A stretch of 64,000 bases of DNA from Octopus vulgaris (GCA_951406725.2 OX597814.1:152210001-152274000); one strand, 5' to 3'; positions 40,514-55,812 are shown, counted from the stretch's first letter. A program made the numbers and translations. Notes: generated from the sequence alone by a model not told the origin.

Positions 40514-40784
40514 CTTTGTGTTTGGCCCCACTACTGCTTGACAATTGGTGTTGGTTTGTTTACGTCCCCGTAACCTAGCGGTTCGAGAAAAGGAGATTGT
40601 TAGAATAAGTACCGGGCTTTAAAAAAAGGGAAGCACTAATTTCGAGTTATTCGACTGAAATACATCAGGGCGGGGCCCCCAGCATGGCCGCAGTCTAATG
40701 TAGAAAATAAAAAATAAAAGGTGGAAGATATCTATCTATCTATCTATCTATCATTTATCTCTCTCTTTCCGTCTTTCTCTCTCT

Positions 40785-40843
<59 letters not shown>

Positions 40844-40899
40844 GACAGGCTTTTTCCCGCTTCCGTCTGTCAAATCCACCCACAAGGCTTTGGTCGGCC

Positions 40900-40977
<78 letters not shown>

Positions 40978-41144
40978 TAACATTATTAAAGACAGCATGA
41001 AAACTATAATTGTCACTAAATGTGACTAGGGTGTAAAAAGCATCTACATTGCTAGAAAACTAAGAGCTAAAATTCTCTAATGTTGTAGTAAAAGCACATA
41101 ATTGTATACATATACACTGACGGGGACTATATATACATATATAT

Positions 41145-41203
<59 letters not shown>

Positions 41204-41624
41204 CTTGTAATGGTGATATATTAATGAGGATATAGTGTTTTATTATTAATTTTTGAATGATGAAATAATGTATTTTTCTCATAATTATTATATTATTAGT
41301 TAAATTAATTTCAATCGTGTTTGTTTTGTTTTGGAGAGGTTTTAATAAAGCTTTAACTTTTATTATAGTGACTTTTGGTTGTAATTTACTTATTAAATTT
41401 ACCGATACGGTTGTACGGTAAATGTGTTTGAAAGTTGTGCGTTCTTTGCTTTGTTTGTTCCCAAACAACACTTATTTGATTGCTGTTGACGCCGCTGGAT
41501 TGAATGGTGCTACCCAGGTGTCGAAACCATGATGATATCCGTGGGGCAGCTGATGATGGAGGTATGTTGGATAGTTGGTATAGCTGTTTTTGTATATGTG
41601 GAATAGTAACATACGATATCCTTT

Positions 41625-41696
<72 letters not shown>

Positions 41697-41730
41697 GTAT
41701 ATGTATGTATATATATATATATATACATAC

Positions 41731-41761
<31 letters not shown>

Positions 41762-43856
41762 GAGGAATATATATATAAGAGAGAGAGAGTGAGAGAGAGA
41801 GAGAGAGAGATAAGAGAGTGAGTGAGAGAAGAATGTTAATAAATCAAAACTTGAGTTAGAGTCACAAATTTTAATAATAACGCCAGCAGATGCCAATCAC
41901 TGTACACCCACTTCAGAGATAAGATTGGGAAACAGAAATAATTAGCTAAGCAGGAAAGTGAAAGAAAGGGTGAAAGAAAGAGACAGACAGGCAAACAGAA
42001 AAGGAGAGAGAGAGAAAGTGTTGGTGCAAAAGTGTAAGTGAAGCAATCTAAGGAGTAATGTGCAAGACAGCAATACTTAAAGGAATAGTGAATGAAATGA
42101 AGTAAATGAAAGGTCATAGCGATATGAATTAATAAGAAAGCTGATAAAGCTGATAATAATATTTAATAATATTAAGTAACATATGTTGCTGTAGAAAATA
42201 GTTGTAGGATATACTTGTAGATATTACAAAGATGTGAAGTAGCACACGTCAGGGATAATACAATAACGGGAGAAAACTGGAAAGCGATTTAATTGTTACT
42301 ATAATGGCGGAAATGAAAAAAATGTGTGGAAACAATGCGATATTTAGATGTGACTCATAGTGTGAAAACAACGTCGAAGTGCACAGGATATTAATTCCCA
42401 ACAAATCAGTTGTCTTTGCTGCAAATGTCTCCAAAACGGTAATTATCATACGCTAAGTAACGTTTTTTTTTATTTTTTACGTCTTCGTGTATGAAGAGTT
42501 AGTAATATTCAAAATCTTGTTAAGTCAAAGTTATTTCATATACAAGGAAGAGAATAAAGATAATATGGATTTAAAGTGATAGAATATGGCAACTGATGGT
42601 AGACAGGAATAAATAACATCTTCTAGACATAAACACATCTTTTATATTGCTACCAGTTAGACAGCGACGTGGTATAACTTGGGTCATGCGTTATCATGGC
42701 TGACGACCTGCACGTTTGTAAACTACTCGATCTAGGGAATTAGTTGTTTGTCATCTTGATTTCGACGTTATTCATGTTGTTTTTGTTGGGTAGATTCAGC
42801 AACACCAAAAACGAAAGATATACATATTCATAACAAACTGGAAGTTATCGCATATTACTGTCATAAATTAAATGTTTTTGACAGGAGCTATAATGACGAC
42901 AAAATTAATGGCTTACAATATATGGTGATTCGTTTTCTGCTTTTAAATCCTCGTCTATTTTAATTTGCTGCGTCATCTCTTTCGTTATTCATTATTCGCT
43001 TCATCTTTGTTTGTCTTAACCACCACCAGCTTGGGTTTCTTTCTCTCCTTTCTCATCTGTCGATTCAACTACTCTTCACAAATTATCTCTTCTATCTTCT
43101 ATAGAATTTAGTCAACCAATTCAATAAAACATCATAATCATTTAACCAACCAATGTACCAATGTATCTTCATCATCGAGAGAGATACACGGCTAGCTTAT
43201 CACAAGATACAATGTAATTAACTATGAAACAATATCTACTAAAAAAAAATTAATTTATTAATTAACAAACCAACCAGCCAGCCAGCCAGCCTGCCAACCA
43301 GAATATGCTTTTTAAAAACAACCTAATCAACCAAGTAACTATTCTTCTACGATCAAACGAGGAAGCTACTATGTAGCCATTTGACTTGTTAGACATCGCA
43401 GCCAAATCTTTCTCAGATAACATCATATTGCTTTACTTGAAGGATTACATTGCATGATATAGATTTAAATCCATTGTCAGAAGAGGAAAGCGAGATGATC
43501 TCGAGACTGTTAGAGTGATTTATCTTTCGTCGATGATGAAAAATAGGATAAAGATTCTTCTCGAGCGATATAGACTCATAAGAACCGGTTTCCTGGTTTC
43601 CATGTGGTACATATATTTCTCCATTGGACGAGACGCCGTTCTGTCACAGAGTTACTCATTTTTCCAGCTGAGTAACTGCAGTAATGTGGAATGAAGTGTT
43701 TTGCTCAAGAACACGTTGCATCGCTCGGTCCTGGAATCGAAACCACAATCTCACGATTATGAGACCAACCCCCTAACCACCAAATCACGCGCCTACATGA
43801 CTCGACGATGGCTGACCGGGAGCGAGATAGTAACTGCATCATCGTCAACAACAACA

Positions 43857-43930
<74 letters not shown>

Positions 43931-44009
43931 AACTACTACTACTACTACTACTACAACAACAACAACTACTACTACTACTACTACTACTAATACACTAAGG
44001 AAATAAGGA

Positions 44010-45125
44010 ATTGATCAAACTGCACAGCAGCCATTAAAACTAAGGATTTCTTGAGTACTTGGTTTTGATATATTTCTTTATTGCCCACAATGGGCTAAAC
44101 ATAGAGGGGACAGACAAAGAGATTAAGTCAATTACATAGACTCCAGTGCGTAACTGGTACTTAATTTATCGACCCCGAAAGGATGAAAGGCAAAGTCAAC
44201 CTCGGCGGAATGTGAACTCACAACGTAACGGCAGACGAAATGCGGCTACGCATTTCGCCCGGCGTGCTAACGTTTCTGCCAACTCGCCGCCTTACTTGGT
44301 TTTGATAGCCTTCCATAACTGCCTCAGCAAGTTAGCATAGTACTCTACATTGATAGTGTGACCATTTTAAAGATAGTAAATTAACACAATGTCTTTTGCA
44401 TCCCCCAAAACTGAAGTCTTCACCTTCCTTGCAGAAGAAATATGCTTGGCCTTCTTTGGAGCAGGTGTGGAGGGATGTTTCCCCTGCTGAGGTTGTCTTC
44501 TAACCTCTAGCTCAAAGTGATGAACTCAGCACTCATACTGGGTTAGGAAACGTTCGAAGAAATGAACTGAATCTGCTTCAGTTTGGTTTGCTTTTGATCA
44601 AATATCAACAGACGTGGCACCCACCGAGTAAAAACTTTCGTCAGTCAAGTTCAGTGTGCAGAATATTCTCAACACTCTCAGAGAATATGCTAATAGCACT
44701 AGCTAGTTGATTTATAGTCAATCGCCTGTCATCCATCAGCATGTGGTGAACACTATCAATGTTTTCCTCGCTGATGGCAGTTGCAGAACGTCCAGGTTGT
44801 TTTCAAAATTCTCCTTTCCTATTCTTAATTCAGGTGCCTATTTTTGCACTGTTGATAAAGCGGGAGTATCGTCAGCATGAATGTTCTTGGAGGCTAAACC
44901 CCTTTTTCTGCAGGTCCCTGATAACACGACGATGCTAAATTTGGTTCATTTCCAAGAGACGTCGCTACTAGTTATTTCTGAAGTGATCTTTCAACAGTCA
45001 GATGTCGGTTTGCCTGAAAAGAAACAATGCTGTTATTAAATAAGAAAGTTTGAAATTAATGCATGGAAGATTTCACAGCTCTAGAATCACTCCTTTATAG
45101 TCAGTCTATGAATTTTTCAGCCCAC
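44010..45125 (-). mobile_element. Decayed second mariner copy (different family), interrupted by a SINE
   Basis: Minus-strand fragments read HRRVIRDLQKKG, DDRRLTINQLA, RWVPRLL, PAPKKAK..SARKVKTSV, GHTINVEYYANLLRQL. A TIR-like GGGCTGAAAAATTCATAGACTGAC lies at ~45100-45123. Confidence 0.85.
44071..44292 (-). mobile_element. SINE family B with a 15-bp TSD, inserted in mariner remnant
   Basis: TACTTGGTTTTGATA at 44056-44070 and 44293-44307. Other family B copies at 24007-24190, 24240-24438(-), 25798-25985, 26030-26243(-), 29387-29600, 31900-32110(-), 47818-48010 and 57295-57496(-). Confidence 0.9.
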
Positions 45126-45307
45126 ATGGCTTGAAACTGGTGTTGTGTCGTTTACGCCTCAGTAACCAAACGATTTGGGAAAAGTAAACGATATATGACT
45201 ACCAGAGTTAAAGAATAAGAACGAGGGGCGATTTGTTCGACTAACTCTTACTCATTCAAGGCGGTGCCCCAACGTAGCTGCAATACAGAGAATGAAACAA
45301 GTAAAAG

Positions 45308-45344
<37 letters not shown>

Positions 45345-45574
45345 AAGGGTAAAGACCCCCTTCGGTCATGAATGACCATGGGATTGCACCTAGAAAGTTA
45401 CCCTCCTAGACACAAGTCCAGGCAAGGTTGTTTATGGAAGACCAGCAGTCGCCCATGCATACCAGCCTCCCCTCTCCAAGCCACCAGTGTTATCCAAGGG
45501 AAAGGCAAAGGCCGATACAGCTTGGCACCAGTGACGTCGCAACTCATTTCTACAGCTGAGTGAACTGAGTGAAC

Positions 45575-45620
<46 letters not shown>

Positions 45621-45636
45621 ATATAGTTGTGTGTGT

Positions 45637-45679
<43 letters not shown>

Positions 45680-45766
45680 GATACATCTCGCATTCTCTCT
45701 CTCTCTCTGTTTCTCTGTCTCACTTTCCGTCTTTCCTTCGCTCTCTCTGTTTACAATCGTTTCTGT

Positions 45767-45829
<63 letters not shown>

Positions 45830-46487
45830 CCTATCTTTATATCTGCTACTCCTCTTCTACATTTCTTCGTTCCCAACATTTCTATTTCCGGTTCCAACGG
45901 TGTTTTCTGAGGATGTGGCCTTCGATGTTTATGTGTTGCAATCTATCATATTTTGGCGTATACTCTAATGAGACTTATTTAAGAATTGTAAGCAACAAAC
46001 TGAATTTGCCATATAGAGAAGATCGGGTCTTTAAGATGCAGTTCTTTCTATATTAATGATGTATGACATCAAACTTTGTGAAACCATATGTAGCCATATG
46101 ATGCGTATGTGCGATTATACTATACATACGCGCGCACACTCACACACACAAACACACACATGCACACACACATACACACACACACGAGTACACACATACA
46201 CACGCGCACACACACGAGCACACACACACAAACACGAGCGTGCTCGCACACAAACACACACACGCACGCACGCTCGCACTCACACACAAACACGCATTGC
46301 AATCATGAAAAAAATGAATAAAGATGATGTAAATGTTTTTTTCATTAAATATCCTGTCTTTTGATTTAGAATTCCAACTCTACGCTTAACATTCTCACAA
46401 ACAATATCCTTTCTCATTAGTAAGAATATATGTATATTTGTATATGTATATATCCGTATATATATGTATATCTATACAAATATATAC

Positions 46488-46539
<52 letters not shown>

Positions 46540-46844
46540 TATATACATATATATACATTTATATATACAAATATATACAAATATATACAATATATGCAAT
46601 ATATATATATATATATGTATGTATGTATATATATATGTGTACACACATACATACATGTATGCACACATACAATTATTAGTATATATATTATGTATATATT
46701 TATATATAGTCATACGTGCATTTGTATATATATATATATATATTTATATATGCGTGTGTGTATATGCATGTATGTATATATATATATACATATAAATGCA
46801 TATATAATATACATATATATATATGCATATGTATATATACATAC

Positions 46845-46921
<77 letters not shown>

Positions 46922-47215
46922 GAAGTATATCCGTTTCCGTACCTTACTTGCTATGACTGAATCATAGTATCTCACAAAGGGTAAACTGGGGTTTCCTGTT
47001 GCCTGAGTTCCTCAGAAACGACGGATGAGGTGGGAGTTATGACATTTGTGCTTCATTAACGATCGTTAGGACCGTGATTAGACTATAAAAGCTACAAGTG
47101 ATTTGAAATGGGGATGTGATCTCTCTCCCTCGCTCTCATTCCCTCTTGAAATCGCTCTCTCTCTCTCTTTCCCTCTTTTTCTTACTACCTCTTTCTCTCC
47201 TGCTTTTCTCACTTA

Positions 47216-47257
<42 letters not shown>

Positions 47258-47434
47258 AAGTTTAACTGCTATTTTTTTATTATGTTTGTATACATTTCAA
47301 TATTAATTTAGTTAGAAGGCTAATAATAAGTGGCTGAACTAAGAATAGAACATATGATTTTACATATAGTCTGGTTACATTTATCTATCTACACATTACA
47401 TTATATATCATATCATATTACATTATATAGTATA

Positions 47435-47804
47435 CTAGCAGTATCGCCCGGCGTTGCTCGGATTTGTAAGGGAAATAACTATAAAGCATTTTTAGAGAGT
47501 TATAGCGAAAAAATGGGAAAAAAATTATAGTAATTTTTTTTTAGTTAAAACGGTCGAGTTGCGTCCCCTAGACAGTCTGTGGTTTGTGTTTCTGATTCTC
47601 GACCCCATGTCGAATTTATCGATTTTTTTCAGAACTGGGGGAACTTTTCAAAATTTTCGCTGCGTTAGTTTTGAATTATGACATTGGGCTATGTGTGTGT
47701 CAAGTTTCATCAGAATCGGTTGAAAGCCGTGGTCAGGGTGAGGGTACAACCTAACAGACACACAGAAACACACACAGACAAACTGCCGTTTATATATAGA
47801 GAGA
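47435..47804 (-). mobile_element. Non-autonomous Helitron copy 2
   Basis: Same termini (TC...CTAG, A|T site) and near-identical body to 6118-6501. Confidence 0.8.
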
Positions 47805-48221
47805 TTATATTATTATAAGGCAGCGAGCTGGTAGAATCGTTAGCAGGCCTGGCAAAAATTCTTAGTGGTATTTCGTCCGTTTTTACGTTCTGAGTTCAAA
47901 TTCTGCCGAGGTCGACTTTGTCTTTCATCCTTTCCAGGTCGATAAAATAATTCTCAGTTGAACACTGGGATCGATATAATCTACTAGCGCTTTCCCTGAA
48001 ATTTGAAATCATTATGGTATATTATTATATTATATAATATTATGTATAATGTATAGCTGTGTTGTAAGTAGTTCCCTCCACATGGCTCCGGGTTCAATCG
48101 TACTGCATGACACTTTGGGAAAGTGCCTCCTATATAACCCCGAGCTAACCAAAGCATTGTGAGTAGATTCAGTAGGCGGAAACTGAAAGAAGTTCTTTGT
48201 ACATACATAATTACATACATA

Positions 48222-48344
48222 CGAGGGGCTTATGAAAAATGTTGAGCCTTCAAGGACTTTGACCCTTGAAGTCTTCTATCTTCATCAGAAGTCTTGTACC
48301 ATGTTTTGTTTTTTTGAGGCTCAAGACTTTTCATACACGCCTCG
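48222..48344. mobile_element. Mariner-type MITE (~123 bp)
   Basis: Imperfect TIRs CGAGGGGCTTATGAAAAATGTTGAGCCT and AGGCTCAAGACTTTTCATACACGCCTCG, with TA on both sides. Confidence 0.7.
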
Positions 48345-48397
48345 TAAATACATACATACATACATACATACATACATACATACATACATACATACAT

Positions 48398-48478
<81 letters not shown>

Positions 48479-48549
48479 AAGATATGGCAGCAGTAACCTT
48501 CTTCTTATTAAGGCAATATCCTACAAGAAGTTTGCAGCAGCAGTGCTGA

Positions 48550-49316
48550 TTCCTACATTTCGGATTCTTGACTGGTCTGTTGAAGACATTCAATTCATAT
48601 ATGTTAAAACCTGCAAGATACTGACATCGACCGGAAATATCCACAGAAATAATGATACCGATAGTCTCTACCTAAGAAGAGATAAAGAAGTAGAGTCTTG
48701 AGATCTTTGCAGCCAGTTTTCGAATGTCGTACAGTCTCTCTCTCAGACAACATTTGCTAAACAACAGAAGCAAAAATAAATTCATTAACGTAGTGCTGAA
48801 AAGTGAAGAGAACAATAGCCTACGTGTCGGCAGTAAGCTCCTCGAGAAGCACTCTCTTCCTGATGACTTCCCATACAACCCCACCAAAAAACCAGTCTAA
48901 CTTACCTCAAAATAGACTTAGATGTGAAACGTGCAGCATACTAAAAAGAAAAGAAAAAGGAAAAGATCATACAAGACTATGTTTCCCGAAGACTTTAAGA
49001 AAGCAGTAATATAAGCACGAAACGTAACTTCCTTTGCACTCGTGACCATTACATCACACTTCGAACGCTAACATTTGTAATCCAAGAACAGGAGATTACT
49101 ACGAAATACATAATAAACAAAAGAGATATTGAAGGCGTTGGAGCTCTAAGATGCAAAAGGAAAGTGGCTGTGTGGTAAGTAGCTTGCTTACCAACCACAT
49201 GATTCCGGGGTCAGTCCCGCTGTGTGGCACTTTGGGCAAGTGTCTTCTACTATAAGCCTCGGGCCGACCAAAGCCTTATGAGTGGATTTGGTAGACGGAA
49301 ACTGAAAGAACCCGTC

Positions 49317-49376
<60 letters not shown>

Positions 49377-50135
49377 ATGTTTGTGTGTCTGTCCCCCACT
49401 CCCAACATTGCTTGACCACCGATGCTGGTGTGTTTACATCCCCGTAACTTAGCGATTCGGCAAAAGAGACCGATAGAATAAGTACTAGGATTACAAAGAA
49501 TAAGTCCTGGGGTCGATTTGCTCGACTAAAGGTGGTGCTCCAGCATGGCCACAGTCACATGACTGAAACAAGTAAAAGAGTGAAGAGTAAAGAGTATGTC
49601 GTTAGCAGCTTCCCAAAAATGTCATCAAGGTACTACATCCCTGTGCCCCACAATGTCGCAAAAACAATATACAATGTCATTCAGAAAAAGGACTGTCCTG
49701 GAATAAATATAAAGAATCCTCTTGTTAGCGAATACGTACACAAATATTAATACAAAGAATACTGGTGGAACATTGTCATCAAAACATCTATCAAGTGTGT
49801 ACATAACAGGCCAGATATTGTTGTTTGAGACAGAGAAGAAAACGTATGTACCGTCACAAGGATCAGCTGTTCTGCTGATATGAATTTTTTTTTTTAATCG
49901 AAGAGAAAGAGAATGACTATGTACAACTGCCTCAAAATCTCCAGCTTTGATATCCAAATTATAAATTCCTATTTATAACAATAGTAATTGATGCACTTGA
50001 TTTTATAAGTAAATTTCTAAGTGACAATCTGGATAAGGTAAGGTTTTCAGAAGAAGGAAATCAATCAACTAACTTGCACATTACAAATACAATCAGTAAG
50101 TGGAACAGTAAAAATATGTAAGACTTTTCTCGAGT
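48550..50135 (+). mobile_element. R4/Dong-like non-LTR retrotransposon 3' fragment (RT thumb, zinc-knuckle region, restriction-like endonuclease), interrupted by a SINE
   Basis: Decayed translations: PTFRILDWSVEDI..KTCKILTSTGNIHRNNDTDSLYLRR, IQEQEITTKY, YVVSSFPKMSSRYYIP.HNVAKTIY, WWNIVIKTSIKCVHNRPDIVV*D (PD-(D/E)xK endonuclease). Confidence 0.8.
49163..49595 (+). mobile_element. SINE family A nested in the R4/Dong-like fragment
   Basis: Colinear with 14584-14988 and splits the LINE coding remnant. Confidence 0.85.
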
Positions 50136-51256
50136 TGTTGTTATCTATGTTCCAATGATGGAGCTTCGTATCTTTGTTAGTAACCAGCCAGGAAGAATTC
50201 AAATAATTAAAAACTGAAGAGTACACACATACATACACACACAATTACATGAGCAAAAACAGAACAAGTACTGCAAAGCATGATATAATCCACAAATGCA
50301 ACGACAAAGATATTATTTTAGTTACAAACTTCAAAAGAATGAAAGTTAATCTCGATCTTAGTATGATTTGAACCCAGAGTTAGAACGTCCGAAAAAAATA
50401 TTGTCACAAACTCTGTCTTGCCGACAATCAAATAACTCTGTCACTATATGTGCATATGTGTGTATACGCGCGGTCATATTTTTAAGTATGTATATATGTA
50501 TGCGTGTATGTATGTATGTATGTATGGATGGATAGATGGATGGATGGATGGATGGATGGATGGATGGATGGATGGATGGATGGAGTGAGGGAGGGAGGGA
50601 GGGAGGGATGGATGTGTCCACATTTTGTTTAGAAACAACTATTATTAGTATTTTATTGTACATAGCATGTCTAATGAATATAGTATACAATATCAGAAAT
50701 AATTACATTTTTGTCTCATTCAAGAATTTCAATCTCGCGATGACTCCTTTTCATTTTGCTTCCGAAACTTGTAACCGACCACTTCCGGTCCCGATTTTCT
50801 TTCAGACCACTGTCAAAATACTTCTGTTTTTATACGGCTTCTAAGACGCAATTAAATTCTTTAATCTCCGTCCGTTCTTCCGTGTATCCTTTTCTTGACA
50901 AATACATGATTTGCCTTCTTAGGTCTCAAATCGACACGAGCGTCTCATAAATCTAATTGTAAGATTTCTAAGATTTCCTCCCTCGTCAGTGAATGTATAT
51001 GTCAATGTTATTGCCTGAAAGATTTATGGAAGCCCTGACTACAGGCCTATACACGAGAATGTTAAATCCGTAGATGAGATGGGAATAAATAAACGATAAC
51101 ATATATATATATACTTACGCTTGTATACTTTTATATTTATACTTATATGTGTATGTATGTATGTATGCATGTATGCATACACACATACGCACACACACAC
51201 ACACATATATACATGTATTATATATACGTTTATATATAAATGTGTGTTTGTGTGTG

Positions 51257-51302
<46 letters not shown>

Positions 51303-51451
51303 GGAAGTAATAGTGAATGATTGTTAGCACTTGGATGACGAGTTAAGAAGTCTGCTCTGTAACCACTTGTTTTCGCGTTCGATTTCAGCTTGTGGCATCT
51401 TGCTTATATGTTTGCTTGTTTTTTAAAGTACACACACACACACACATATAT

Positions 51452-51722
51452 ATTCTTTTACTTGCTTCAGTCATGTGACTGCAGTCATGCTAAGGCACAG
51501 CCTTGAAGGGTTTTAGTCGAACAAATCAAGCCCAGGACTTATTTTTTTGTTTTAATCGTGGTACTCATTCTATCGTTCCCTCTTTACCGAACCGCTAAGT
51601 TACGGGGATGTAAACTCATCAACACCGGTTGTGAAGCGCTGGTGAGGGACAAGCACAGACATAGACATACACACAGATATATACATACATACATATATAC
51701 ATACATACATACATACATACAT

Positions 51723-51774
<52 letters not shown>

Positions 51775-51930
51775 CGGGTTTCTTTCAGTTTCCATCTACC
51801 AGATCCACTTACAAGGCGTTGATCGGTCCGAAGCTATAGAAGATTTTTGCCCAAGATGACACGCAGTGAGACTGAACCCGGAACCACGTGATTGGGAAGC
51901 AAGCTTCGTACTACATAGCTATACATGCAC
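51452..51930 (-). mobile_element. SINE family A
   Basis: Reverse complement colinear with 14584-14988. Confidence 0.8.
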
Positions 51931-52318
51931 CCACACAAACACATGTATATGTAAATATATGCATATATAATTATATATTCATGTATATAAATTATGTCTA
52001 TATATAGGCATATATACACACACATATTTATACACGCACACACAGTCACCAAGGTACTGTTTGGTATTATTATTCAACTTATTGAAAAAGTCATTTATTG
52101 ATGGTGGGACTGTATACATAGATTGAAATATTTATTGATAATATTGATTTCACTAAGAACAGAGGTTTTGCACTTAACGGCTTATTCAACCACTTTAGAT
52201 GAGTAAGACTTTAAGGGCGAAACTCGAGGTACTAGTCGAATTAATATTATACATTCATGCATGCAAATATACATGTGTTCATATATGTATGTTTGCATAT
52301 ATACATACATAAATAAAT

Positions 52319-52368
<50 letters not shown>

Positions 52369-53142
52369 GTACCGAGGGAGCGAGAGAGAGAGAGGGAGAT
52401 AGACAAAGAAAGAGAAAAGGAAAGAAATAGATGTAAGTGTGACAGTGAGTGCGAATGAATGGTTGTCAGTCTCGGGACTACGATGAGTGTTTAAGAAGTT
52501 CACTCCGTTACCACTCAGTTCTGAGTTCGGTCTCTGTCTGATCATCCGTTTGTTTATTTATTGTTTATCCTGACATTAGCCTCGAATAAAACCTCCGAAG
52601 TGAAATTTGGTAAACGAAAGTTCCGTGGAATGCTTGTCGGATTAACTGTATTTGTACAATGTTGAAGTTTGAATTTGCGTGAGGATCACACGAACTGCAC
52701 GTGTGTATAAGGAGTACTCAGCCTGTTCGACTATAGAAATTGTGTAAGTAAAGTAGTTGATCGAACAAATGGAACATTCATCGTCTAAATCGACGGAGAT
52801 TCATCTCTTTTACGGTTTATATGTGTTAGTAACAGTTAAGGGTTAAGGACGCTGGATGAGGTCGAATGAGGACGGTGAGACGTACCAAGGGAGGAGAAGA
52901 GCATTAAAGCAAAGAACGTGTGAAATAATTGAAAAGAAAGAAAAAAAATATTTTTATTGAAAGAAAAAAAAGAACACAAATTCATTTAATTCGCCAATTA
53001 ATGTTATTAGCTGAAATTTACGGACATTTGATTAATTAGATAAATATATTAATACAAGTTTTCTTACAGAAATTGTTACTTGAAGCAAAAATGTGGAGAG
53101 TAATTAGAATGGAAGAGAAATACGTGTGCATAGGTATGTATG

Positions 53143-53176
<34 letters not shown>

Positions 53177-53237
53177 TGTATGTATGTATGTATGTATGTA
53201 TGTATATATCTACACACACAGTCACATACAATATACA

Positions 53238-53271
<34 letters not shown>

Positions 53272-53873
53272 TACATACATTGCGTGTGTATATCCTGTTT
53301 TTGTCTATATATCTATCTGTGCGTGTGTGTGTGTGTGTGTGCGTCTGTAAATATGTATGTACGTACGTATAGGGAGAAAGATGGGAGACAAAGTGGAAGA
53401 GAAGCAGTTAGATAGGATGACTGGTTCAGAGAGAGAAAAGGCAAAAAGAAAAGAAAACGAGAAGTAAAGAAGTGACTCAGTAGAAAGAGAAAAAAGAGAG
53501 GAGGGAGGGGGTAAAGTTAGACAGATTTAATGGAAGAAGGAGGGAAAAATTGAAGGAGCATAAGAGTTTGAGAAAGAGGGAAAGAGAAATCAAATAGAGC
53601 AATAGTGAGAGAGAAGATGAGAGAGAAGATGAGAGAGAGAGAGAGAGAGATAGAGTAAGAAAAAAAGTCTGAGAAAAGGAGGGAATGAAAGTGTGTTGTA
53701 GAGAAACAGATTTAGAGAAGGAAAGAGCGAAAAGCAGTCAAACAGACTGATTCATTCGTAGAGAAGGTGAGAAAAGAACAAAGTAGTGAAAGAATTAGAG
53801 ATAGTGTATGTGTATGCGTGTGTGTATGCGTGTGTGTATGCGTGTGTGTGTGCGTGCATGTGTATGTGATTGT

Positions 53874-53905
<32 letters not shown>

Positions 53906-54077
53906 GTGATTGAAATTATTTTCGAGATTAAATTACTTTTATCTTCGGTATTAGTTCATTCACTCTTCAATGAGTTTTTTCTTCTTCTTTGCACTTGATG
54001 AATAAAAAAATTAAACAAAGAATATGTTTTTGAAAAAAAAAGTAACAAAAATAAAAAGCGAAAGACTAGCCCGAAAA

Positions 54078-54133
<56 letters not shown>

Positions 54134-54868
54134 AAAAAGAAAGAAAGAAAGAAAGAAAGAAAAAGAGAGAAAAGCAGGAGAGTAAGACAGACAGATAGAA
54201 GGAAGTGAAGATGTAAAGGAAGAGAAAAAGAAAGAAGAAAATGGTTGAAATGACTTTAGACTTTTCTTTCAAATGACAACGAGTGTCTGTGTAAACTACG
54301 TAGATTTTATTTGATGAAAAAAGTTGACGTTTCGTTTAAAGAGGCACGATTCTTTTGATCACAGTTTGCATACATAGATTCTATTAGAAAGAAGAAAGAA
54401 CCCCACCAGCTACCTCCCCTCTTCCTCCATCACTTCCTCTATTTCTTTGTTCTTGCTCAATATTGTCAAACTAACATTTATTGACAGTAGCATAGTTAGT
54501 AGATTACTTTATTATTTTTTTTTTTAATACATCTTTCAACTTTGGTTTGATGCTAAGTACAGTGCAAAGAAAAGCACGAAACCTCGAAAACAGCAATGAA
54601 AGCATGAACTGTAATAATAAAAATGTGATAATGATACCTAGCGCATAAGCCCAACGTCACATATTTTGATGGGCGTTTCAGTTGATTATATTTTTATCAG
54701 ATTCAGAAAAATGAAAGGCTACGTAGACAAGGAAGATCGAAAGTTCTACTCGAAAAGGTATAACTGACTGTATTCAGTTCTGGAGACAAAGCATCTCTGC
54801 ATCTTCTCAACGATGAGTATTCAGATGTTCGATCTAGTGAACTGCTAACTCACTGAATTAGCATTTAA

Positions 54869-55085
54869 CCTTTTCGCATTTAAATAGCCCATATCCGGCC
54901 CAAATACTCTATCAGTTTTATGTTCAAAGCGGCCAGATCTGACCTCTCACACCTAAGCTACAACGCCATTCAAAAAATAAGTAATTATATCGATAACTTG
55001 ATGCTACAAGATAATAGGTGATCAATTCAAAGCAATATGAATAAATAAGCATTACATTTGACAGAGTAATCTGAATGCTAAAGGG
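54869..55085. mobile_element. piggyBac-like MITE
   Basis: TTAA|CCTTTTCGCATT ... AATGCTAAAGGG|TCAA, giving short TIRs with a decayed TTAA TSD. Confidence 0.65.
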
Positions 55086-55812
55086 TCAAGTAGCTGGACA
55101 TTCTACAGACACGTATACACTAAAGGACATGTAACAAATCTGGAACCTGTAAATTATTTGTACAAGCTATTCAACGGGCTTCCACACTGCTCCATCTACG
55201 TAATTTTACTAACAGAACTCGAGTCAACAGGAAGGTTTGGTAAAAGGGGCTTTCATAAGATACCACATAGCAGCATCGAAACAGGAACTCTAATAGTGCA
55301 GGCTCGCTTCTTACCCATTCTTTCATACTGCAATGGAATCATCGTCTCTGGTATTTGACTCAGCGTGTGTAAACTTACGCTCTGGTTGCGACATCTACAA
55401 ATAATCCTCTATAGGGAGTAGATACGATTTGTTTTTGACTGACGTCTTTCTTCAGCCCGTCTTTCCACTAGAACTTCTAGTACTGGGTCAAACGTGAAGC
55501 AAGAATGGGCACTTGTCTTCTAGAATGTTGTCAAGCACTCGTAGCACTCTACAAGTAGAGCAATACCTCCTATTTGTGTGTTGAGAAGAGAGAGAGAGAG
55601 AGGTGAGAGAATTAATAGATAATTAATAGACAAGAGTCAGCTTTTAATGCCTGTTACAGTATATTTACTCTTAGAGTAGCGAGACACAATCGTCATCTAT
55701 GAATACACACACACACAGAAACACACAGACAAATAAAGAGGCAGACATACATACATACATACATACATACATACATACATACATACATACATACATACAT
55801 ACATACATACAT

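Noticed and set aside
46975-47020. CTGAGGA...GAAAC on the minus strand near (TA)n
   Set aside because: Stems I and II cannot be paired.
53370-53800. Long purine-rich tract (triplex potential)
   Set aside because: It is a degenerate (GA)n/(GAAA)n low-complexity sequence, common in this genome type, with no specific signal.
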